This document shows, one piece after another, positions 27,505 to 33,749 of a stretch of DNA of 64,000 bases (position 1 is its first letter; the number at the start of each line of letters is the position of its first letter). Location: assembly GCA_025351485.1 (NCBI GenBank), contig JANXVU010000133.1, positions 5,066-69,065 of the forward strand, given 5' to 3'. The position numbers were made by a program, and so were the translations under genes. Under the pieces are notes generated by a model, which had not been told where the DNA came from, did no database searches, and saw nothing but the letters and a program-made list of their open reading frames with translations. This DNA is from Candidatus Eiseniibacteriota bacterium. Lineage in GTDB: Bacteria > Eisenbacteria > RBG-16-71-46 > JACRLI01.

Positions 27505-28635
27505 TCAGCCCCTCCAGTCCGCGAGCAACTCCAGTGGCTCCTGCAGGTACCCCTGCAGCACGGCGTCCTGGCCCATCACCTCGACCCGCGGCCGGGTCAG
27601 GGTCACCAGGTCGCGCATGGTGCGGATTCCCAGGTCGCCCACGATGGGCACGCTTCCAGCGCCAAGGAGCTTGGGCGCCACGGTCACCACCAGCCGGTCC
27701 ACCAGCCCCGCTTTCAGGAAGGACGTCCCCACGCTGGAGCCGCCCTCCACCATCACGCTCTGGAGGCCGAGCCGCAGCAGCATGCCGAGCACGGAGCCGG
27801 GATCGATCCCCACCCCCCGCCGGAGTTCCAGGGGCAGGTGCTCCACTCCCCGGCCGGTCATGCGGCGGATCCGCGCCGCGGGCAGGCCGGGCCCGGTGAT
27901 CCACACGGTGCGCGCCGCGGCCACGTCGAACACTTTGGACTCGCCGGAAAGCCTGCCGCGCGAATCCAGCACCACCCGGACCGGCGAGGTGCCCCGCACC
28001 AGGCGCGCGGTGAGCTCCGGGTCGTCGGCCTCCACCGTGCCCCGTCCCACCAGGATGGCGTGGTGTTCCGCCCGAAGGCGGTGCGCCAGCTTCAGCGTCT
28101 CGGGCCCGCTGATGTAGCGGGAGGTGCCGTCGGCGGCGGCCAGCTTGCCGTCCAGGGTGGATGCCAGCTTGAGCGTCACCCACGGGCGCCCCCGCACGTG
28201 CGAGGAGAAATAGCCTTCGTTGAGGTGCATCGCGCGCTCCGCGAGGAGACCCACTTCCACCTTCACGCCGCGACGACGGAGCAGCCCGACTCCCATGCCG
28301 GCCACTTCCGGGTTCGGGTCCAGCGTGGCCGCGACGACCCGCCTGATGCCCGCCGCCAGGATCACGTCGGTGCACGGCGGCGTCCTTCCAAAGTGGCAGC
28401 ACGGCTCGAGCGTCACCACCAGGGTCGCCCCGCGCGCGCGCCTGCCCGCCTCTTCCAGCGCCACCACTTCGGCATGCGGACCGCCGCAGCGCGCGTGCCA
28501 GCCGCGGCCGATCACGCGCCCGCCCTTCCAGACCAGAGCGCCCACCATCGGGTTGGGGCGCGCATGGGCCAGCCCGCGCCGGGCGTCGCGCAGCGCGGCA
28601 ATCATCAGGGTCTGGACTTCGGACGAATCCTTCAT
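27505..28635 (-). CDS. ribD: Bifunctional diaminohydroxyphosphoribosylaminopyrimidine deaminase / 5-amino-6-(5-phosphoribosylamino)uracil reductase
   Basis: The start MKDSSEVQTLMIAALRDARRG is the ATG at 28635. NPMVGALV, HAEVVAL, TLEPCCHFGRTPPC (deaminase zinc site), and a C-terminal reductase half. Confidence 0.92.
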   Translation of the reverse strand: MKDSSEVQTLMIAALRDARRGLAHARPNPMVGALVWKGGRVIGRGWHARCGGPHAEVVALEEAGRRARGATLVVTLEPCCHFGRTPPCTDVILAAGIRRVVAATLDPNPEVAGMGVGLLRRRGVKVEVGLLAERAMHLNEGYFSSHVRGRPWVTLKLASTLDGKLAAADGTSRYISGPETLKLAHRLRAEHHAILVGRGTVEADDPELTARLVRGTSPVRVVLDSRGRLSGESKVFDVAAARTVWITGPGLPAARIRRMTGRGVEHLPLELRRGVGIDPGSVLGMLLRLGLQSVMVEGGSSVGTSFLKAGLVDRLVVTVAPKLLGAGSVPIVGDLGIRTMRDLVTLTRPRVEVMGQDAVLQGYLQEPLELLADWRG

Positions 28636-28644
28636 GGGCCTCGC

Positions 28645-28680
28645 AAAAGAAAAAACCCCGGGAACACACGTTCCCCGGGG
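28645..28680 (-). terminator. Intrinsic terminator forming the expression platform of the FMN riboswitch
   Basis: Minus strand reads CCCCGGGGAAC-GTGT-GTTCCCGGGG followed by TTTTTTCTTTT, ending 10 nt before the ribD ATG. Confidence 0.85.
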
Positions 28681-28737
28681 CCCATGGTCGCGCGCGCCCG
28701 CGCTCCCCCGTTCCGGGAGGGCGCTGCGCTCGAAACC

Positions 28738-28857
28738 GCCTTCTTCCATCCAGACTTTGACTGTCGGCCCCGGAATCACACCGGGTCTGCAAACGCCCCG
28801 AAGGGCGCCGCTCGCGGGCTATACCGCCGGTGGGGACTTTCACCCCGCCCCGAAGGC
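28738..28857 (-). promoter_or_regulatory. FMN riboswitch (RFN element) aptamer
   Basis: Minus strand reads GCCTTCGGGGCGGGGTGAAAGTCCCCACCGGCGGTATAGCCCGCGAGC..CAGACCCGGTGTGATTCCGGGGCCGACAGTCAAAGTCTGGATGGAAGAAGGC. This matches the conserved RFN core segments and closes the P1 stem (GCCTTC/GAAGGC). Confidence 0.95.
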
Positions 28858-28879
28858 TATGTGTGCAATGACAAGAGAC

Positions 28880-28908
28880 AGGATACCCCCGAAGCCCCCC
28901 ACGGTCAA
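28880..28908 (-). promoter_or_regulatory. Candidate sigma70-type promoter of the rib operon
   Basis: Minus strand reads TTGACC-17 nt-TATCCT, about 15 nt upstream of the riboswitch P1 stem. Confidence 0.5.
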
Positions 28909-28920
28909 GGCAGGCCCCGG

Positions 28921-28949
28921 TTGCGAACCGGCACCCGCCGGGCTATCCT
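28921..28949 (+). promoter_or_regulatory. Candidate promoter giving a leaderless transcript of the subtilase gene
   Basis: TTGCGA-17 nt-TATCCT, then GCGCGC, then the ATG at 28956. There is no Shine-Dalgarno sequence. Confidence 0.4.
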
Positions 28950-28955
28950 GCGCGC

Positions 28956-30077
28956 ATGACTTTCGACCCTTCGTCCTTCGAACCTACGCGCATCCCCGGC
29001 GCGGGCCAACTCGCGGCGGTGGTCCGCCTGCGCGAGGAACTCCACGCGGCGCAGCTGTGGGTGGATTCGTTCCTGCCCGCGGGGGCCAGGGTGCGCCATA
29101 CACTGGCGGGCCTGCGCGCGTTTTCCCTGGAGTGCCCGCTCGAGGCGCTGCGGACCCTCGCGGAGCGGCCCGAGGTGACGCACGTGCTGCCCGACCTGGC
29201 GGTGCGGGGACTCCTCGAGAGCACCCTGGACGCGGCGCGTGTCCGGCCGCTATGGGAGGAAGGGCTTACCGGAAAAGGCGTGCGCCTGGCGGTGCTCGAC
29301 ACCGGCATCGACCGGGGGCATCCGGATTTCGAGGGACGCGTCGCGACGCTGGAGGATTTCACGGGCTGCGGAGTGCGCGACGACGTGGGTCACGGCACGC
29401 ACGTGGCCTCGGTCGCGGCGGGCAGCGGCGAGGCTTCGCGCGGGCGCTTCCGGGGAGTGGCGCCGGCGGCTTCGATCCTGGTGGCGCGGGTGCTCGACTC
29501 CAGGGGAATGGGCCGCATGAGCGACGTGATGGCCGGCCTGCTGTGGGCGCTCACGCGCGAGGCCCGGGTGATCAATATTTCGTTGGGCACGGAAGGTCCC
29601 GGTTCGCCGGACGATGCGCTGGCCTGGGCGGTGAATGAGATCAGCGCTCGGGGCGTGGTGGTGGTGGCAGCCGCGGGAGATTCCGGCGAACGGCCGGTCT
29701 CGCCGGCGTGCAGCGCCTCGGCCGTTTGCGTGGAGGGATACGACTCCCTATCCGATGAGCCCGGCGAAGGCACCTCGGGCGCGGACGCTTCGGTGATCGC
29801 CGCGCCGGGGGTGGGAGTGGTGGCCGCGCGCGCCTTCGGCACCACAGCCGGAAAGGCCCACGGCGAATCCTACGTGGCGGTGTCGGGATCCAGCGCGGCG
29901 GCCGCGCACGTCTCGGGCGTGTGCGCCCTGCTGCTGGAAGCATTGCCCGAAGCCACCCCGGCGGAACTCATCGGGGCGCTCAAGTCGGGCGGCCGCATCC
30001 TTCCGGGCGGAAGGGTGGCGCTCACGGCGCCGGCGGCCTTGGCGGTCCTGAGGGAGCGGATGCGCAGGACCCCCTAG
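28956..30077 (+). CDS. Subtilisin-like serine peptidase (S8) without signal peptide
   Basis: Catalytic motifs are VLDTGIDRGHPDF (Asp), HGTHVASVAAG (His), INISLG (oxyanion Asn) and SGSSAAAAHVSG (Ser). The N-terminal ~100 aa look like an I9-type propeptide (..AERPEVTHVLPDLAVRG). No hydrophobic leader. Confidence 0.85.
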   Translation: MTFDPSSFEPTRIPGAGQLAAVVRLREELHAAQLWVDSFLPAGARVRHTLAGLRAFSLECPLEALRTLAERPEVTHVLPDLAVRGLLESTLDAARVRPLWEEGLTGKGVRLAVLDTGIDRGHPDFEGRVATLEDFTGCGVRDDVGHGTHVASVAAGSGEASRGRFRGVAPAASILVARVLDSRGMGRMSDVMAGLLWALTREARVINISLGTEGPGSPDDALAWAVNEISARGVVVVAAAGDSGERPVSPACSASAVCVEGYDSLSDEPGEGTSGADASVIAAPGVGVVAARAFGTTAGKAHGESYVAVSGSSAAAAHVSGVCALLLEALPEATPAELIGALKSGGRILPGGRVALTAPAALAVLRERMRRTP

Positions 30078-30080
30078 GAA

Positions 30081-31058
30081 TTACCCGTGCCCGAAGCGGA
30101 CCTCGGGCTCTCCTTCTTCCCCAGCCTGGCCCTGCATGGCGAGCGCGGCATACAGCGCCTCGGGCGACGGGCAGTTGATCTTGATTCCCGCCACATCTCC
30201 CATCCGGCCCGCCGTCTCGATTCCTTCGCGGATCGCCCCGATCAGGTCTTCCATCGGCAACCCCAGGGTGGCCAGCGCGCTCGGCCAGTCGGCTTCGTCC
30301 CCGCAACCGCTGCTCCCGAGCCCCAGGTGGCGCGTGATCAGGTCGGCGCAATGCACCACCTGGATCAGCGTGTCCTGGTGCCCCAGGGCGTCCTCGTGGT
30401 GCCTTCCGGCAACCTCGGCGAACACTTCTGGCAGCTTCCACGATCTCAGGGCCCAACGCCCCATGGCCGCGTGGTCGGCGAGCAGCGGGTGCACTTCCTT
30501 CGCGAACACGGCGCGCTCGGCGTCGCGGAGCGAAAGGCGCTCCCGGTGCGCCAGCCTCAGCGCCTTGCCAAAAGTCTCGGGGTAGTGCTGGTCGAAGAAG
30601 GTCTTGCCCACGTCGTGCAGCAGGCCCGCCACGAAAGCGATCGGCGGGTCTTCGTAGCCCAGGGCCTCGCAAATCTCCTGCGACAGGGAGCCCACCGCGA
30701 GGCAGTGGATGAAGAAGGCGTGGCGGTCGAACTCTGGCGTGAGCCCGTCGGCCATGAAGTCCAGCACCGAGGTGGTCACGGTGATGCGACGCAGCTCGGT
30801 GAGGCCCAGTTGCACCACCGCCTCGCGCACCGATTGAACCGGGTAGCCGCGGCTGTAGAAAGCGGAGTTGGCCACGCGAAGCAGGCGCTGCGTGAGCGCG
30901 ACGTCGGTCTGGATCACCGACTCCAGGCGTGGCACCGAAGTGTCGGGATCCAGCGCGAGCCGCACCACCTCGAAGCCCACGAACGGCAGGGCCTTGAGAT
31001 CAGACGTCTCCGGGTCGGGAAGCGGAGGAAGATCCGTCCGGGGATCGAGTTCGTCCAT
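30081..31058 (-). CDS. HDOD domain protein
   Basis: ATG at 31058 with AAGGA upstream (GTG at 31130 is an alternative start). LLRVANSAFYS.., AGLLHDVGK, DHAAMGRWALRSWKLPE, RHHE. Confidence 0.8.
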   Translation of the reverse strand: MDELDPRTDLPPLPDPETSDLKALPFVGFEVVRLALDPDTSVPRLESVIQTDVALTQRLLRVANSAFYSRGYPVQSVREAVVQLGLTELRRITVTTSVLDFMADGLTPEFDRHAFFIHCLAVGSLSQEICEALGYEDPPIAFVAGLLHDVGKTFFDQHYPETFGKALRLAHRERLSLRDAERAVFAKEVHPLLADHAAMGRWALRSWKLPEVFAEVAGRHHEDALGHQDTLIQVVHCADLITRHLGLGSSGCGDEADWPSALATLGLPMEDLIGAIREGIETAGRMGDVAGIKINCPSPEALYAALAMQGQAGEEGEPEVRFGHG

Positions 31059-31182
31059 GTTCGTCCTTGAGCGCGCCGGGCTGAGGCGGACCGGCGGCGG
31101 TGACGGCTGCCCGAGGACCTCCCTGGCCACCCGGGCGATGAACCGGCCGATGATCCTTTATCGGAGGTTCAAACGTGCTTCC

Positions 31183-32082
31183 TTAGGCGGAATCGAGCAG
31201 CTCGGCCGGAGCGGGATCGTCGGCCGTGGCCATTCGGATCCCCATGAAAGTGAATGGGATAGCCAGCAGCATGCCCCACGGCGGAACTTCTCCGAACCAG
31301 GCCCAGGCGATCAGGCTGGCCCCCACCGGCTCGGCGGTGATGGCCACCGCCACCGGGCCGGCGGGCAGGCGGCGGAGCGCCCAGTTGAGGGTGGTGTGTC
31401 CGATAAGTTGAGGAACCAGCGCCATCAGGATCGCGGCCGCATAGGCCCGCGCCGGGAGCCCGGAGACCTGCGCGCCGGTCGCGAGCACCGCGGCCCACGC
31501 GCTCGCGGCCGCCACCATGTAGCTCAGTCCGCCGTACGTGGCGGTGGAACAATCCCGCCGGACCGCCCGGCCCAGCAGGAAGTAGCCGGAAGCGCACAGC
31601 CCGCCCGCGAACGCCAGCAGATCGCCCCGGACGCGCCCGCCCCAGATGCCGCTTCCCGAGGCGGCCTCCTTCATCACGTCGGGTCCCACCAGGGCCGCCG
31701 CACCCAGCGCCGACAGGACCAGCGCCCAGCCCAGCCGTCGGCCCATCTTGTCCCGGTTGAAATAGTGGCCGAGCACCGAGGTCACGATCGGGTGGAGCGT
31801 CACCAGGAACACGCTGCTCGCGATGGACGTGAGACCCAGGGAGGTGATCCAGCACAGGAAGTGCGCGCCCAGGAGGAGCCCGCTGAAGGTGGTGAGGACG
31901 AAGTGGCGAGGCTTCCAGCGCGAGTATCCCCCGGAAGAATCGAACAACCCCATCGGAAACAGGACCAGTGCGGCGAGCGAGAGCCGGCCCGCGGCCAGGA
32001 ACGCCGGAGGAGCGCCCGCCCAGCGGATCAGGGGCGCCGCCGTGGAAATGGCCAGCACCCCGAGGAAGAGCCGGAGCTTCAA
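31183..32082 (-). CDS. EamA/DMT-family transporter
   Basis: (TTG)KLRLFLGVLAISTAAPLIRW.. About 10 hydrophobic helices with a two-fold internal repeat. TTGA overlap with the upstream stop. Confidence 0.75.
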   Translation of the reverse strand: MKLRLFLGVLAISTAAPLIRWAGAPPAFLAAGRLSLAALVLFPMGLFDSSGGYSRWKPRHFVLTTFSGLLLGAHFLCWITSLGLTSIASSVFLVTLHPIVTSVLGHYFNRDKMGRRLGWALVLSALGAAALVGPDVMKEAASGSGIWGGRVRGDLLAFAGGLCASGYFLLGRAVRRDCSTATYGGLSYMVAAASAWAAVLATGAQVSGLPARAYAAAILMALVPQLIGHTTLNWALRRLPAGPVAVAITAEPVGASLIAWAWFGEVPPWGMLLAIPFTFMGIRMATADDPAPAELLDSA

Positions 32083-32534
32083 AGCAGCCGGCGGCGGCTG
32101 AGCCCCGCAAGGGGATCGGAAAAGAGTTCGCGCAACTGGAACAGCAGCACCGCCCCGAGAAGAGAGGCGATCACCACCCCGCCCAGCCCCGGCACATGCA
32201 AGAGCGTCTGCACCGGGGCGCTCAAAGCCATCCGGAAGGAGGACGCGGCGGCCATGGCCGGGGCGGAAGCCAGCAGGGCCCCGGCCTGTTCCGAAACCCG
32301 CGACGCTCCCAGGACCACGGCCAGGGCCGCGGCAAGCGAGAGTCCCGCCCCCTGGAGCACGAACCGGCGCACCGCGCGGCGGCGACCGATTCGCACCCTT
32401 TCGATCAGGAGCCGCTCCCGGACCCTCAGGGCCAGGAACGGCGCGCGCGGAACGACCGGTTCCAGCAGGCACTCCTCCACCTCGCGGGCGAAGCGGACCT
32501 TGTCCTTGAATTCAGGCGAGCGCGGTTCGGTCAC
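32079..32534 (-). CDS. Putative membrane anti-sigma factor (no ZAS motif)
   Basis: GTG at 32534 overlaps the sigma gene stop (GTGA). 151 aa with a charged N-terminus and two hydrophobic helices. The call rests on position only. Confidence 0.45.
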   Translation of the reverse strand: MTEPRSPEFKDKVRFAREVEECLLEPVVPRAPFLALRVRERLLIERVRIGRRRAVRRFVLQGAGLSLAAALAVVLGASRVSEQAGALLASAPAMAAASSFRMALSAPVQTLLHVPGLGGVVIASLLGAVLLFQLRELFSDPLAGLSRRRLL

Positions 32535-33094
32535 GGCGTGAATCCTCCCTCTTTCTCCAGCACCCGGTAGAGCTCCTGGCGGCCCCGAAACAGGTACACC
32601 TTCACGGTCGCCTCCGCCACCCGCATCACCACGGCGACCTCCGCGATCGACAATTCCCTGAGATAGTGCAAAACCACGGCGTCGCGGTGCTGGGGCCGGA
32701 TGCGGGCCAGCGCCCATTCCACCGCCCCGCGCAGCGCCTGGGACTCGGCCGGATCTCCGGGGGCCAGCGCCTCGGCGGCGCTCTCCAGGGGCACGGTGTC
32801 CTCGGCCGGGCGCCTCGACCGGCGGCGCATGCCCAGGGCCGTGTGATAGGCGATCCCGAAGAGCCACGTCGAAAATCGCGACTCGCCCCGGAACGACTGG
32901 AGCGACTGGAGCATCCGGAAAAACGATTCCTGGGCCAGGTCCTCGGCCTGGGAGTCGCCCAGGAGCCTCGACCCCAGGACTCGCAGCGGACGCTCGAAGC
33001 GCTCCACCAGGGCTTCCAGGGCGTGCTCGTCGCCTTCGGCGGCCGCTCGCGCCCATTCCATCAGCCGGGCATCTTCTTCGGGGCTGCCGTACAC
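32531..33094 (-). CDS. ECF-type RNA polymerase sigma-70 family factor
   Basis: GDEHALEALVERFERPL, AEDLAQESFFRM (region 2), FSTWLFGIAYH, LHYLRELSIAEVAVVMRVAEATVKVYLFRGRQEL (region 4). GTG at 33094 is preferred (GGGGAGGAG upstream). TTG at 33187 is the ORF maximum. Confidence 0.85.
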   Translation of the reverse strand: MYGSPEEDARLMEWARAAAEGDEHALEALVERFERPLRVLGSRLLGDSQAEDLAQESFFRMLQSLQSFRGESRFSTWLFGIAYHTALGMRRRSRRPAEDTVPLESAAEALAPGDPAESQALRGAVEWALARIRPQHRDAVVLHYLRELSIAEVAVVMRVAEATVKVYLFRGRQELYRVLEKEGGFTP

Positions 33095-33114
33095 CGGCTC
33101 CTCCCCCAGTCGGT

Positions 33115-33143
33115 GAGTCGCACCGGAGGGCCTGGAGGTTTCA
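33115..33143 (-). promoter_or_regulatory. Candidate ECF-type autoregulatory promoter
   Basis: Minus strand reads TGAAAC-17 nt-CGACTC, about 20 nt upstream of GTG 33094. It lies inside the rejected N-terminal ORF extension. Confidence 0.3.
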
Positions 33144-33287
33144 GGTTTCGGGCCCGAATCTTTTCTTGTAACCAATCCGGCCGCCAAAGCTACCTACCCT
33201 TCGAACCCGGCCACGCCGAGGGCGTGGCGCCACTTACCCCAAGCCAGGGGGCGACAGGAACCGCCGGCCCCGGAAAGGACCACCATC

Positions 33288-33749
33288 ATGAGTTTCGGAG
33301 GCATCGGAGAAGCGCTCGTTCCCATCCTGATCTTCTCGATTCCCATCATCGCCATCGTGGGAGGCATCGGAAGCCGGATCGCCCGCACCATGGCCCGCGC
33401 CCGCATCCAGGAGCTGCTGATCCAGGAGCGGATCAAGGCCATGGAAAAGGGCATCACGCCCCCCGCGCAGGCCCCGATGATGGACCCCGATGTCGACGCG
33501 GGCCTCTTCGTCCAGTCGCACGACCAGCGCGTGTTCGGCCTGCGTCTTGGCGGCGGCATCGCCCTGGCAGTGGGGCTGGCGCTGATGTTCGCCATGTGGT
33601 CCACCACCGGGGCCACCGAGGCGTGGGTCTGGATGACCATCCCGGCGTCCATCGGCGCGGCGCTGTTCATCGGGTCGTTCTTCGTGCCCAAGCCGCGGGT
33701 CTACCGGGGCGCGAACCCCTCGGAGCGGCCCTCGCCCGACCGGCTCTAG
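33288..33749 (+). CDS. Small membrane protein of unknown function (3-4 TM helices)
   Basis: Good GC3 codon bias. MSFGGIGEALVPILIFSIPIIAIVGGIG.. then an amphipathic RIQELLIQERIKAMEKG, followed by two more hydrophobic helices. Divergent from the ECF sigma operon. Confidence 0.65.
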   Translation: MSFGGIGEALVPILIFSIPIIAIVGGIGSRIARTMARARIQELLIQERIKAMEKGITPPAQAPMMDPDVDAGLFVQSHDQRVFGLRLGGGIALAVGLALMFAMWSTTGATEAWVWMTIPASIGAALFIGSFFVPKPRVYRGANPSERPSPDRL

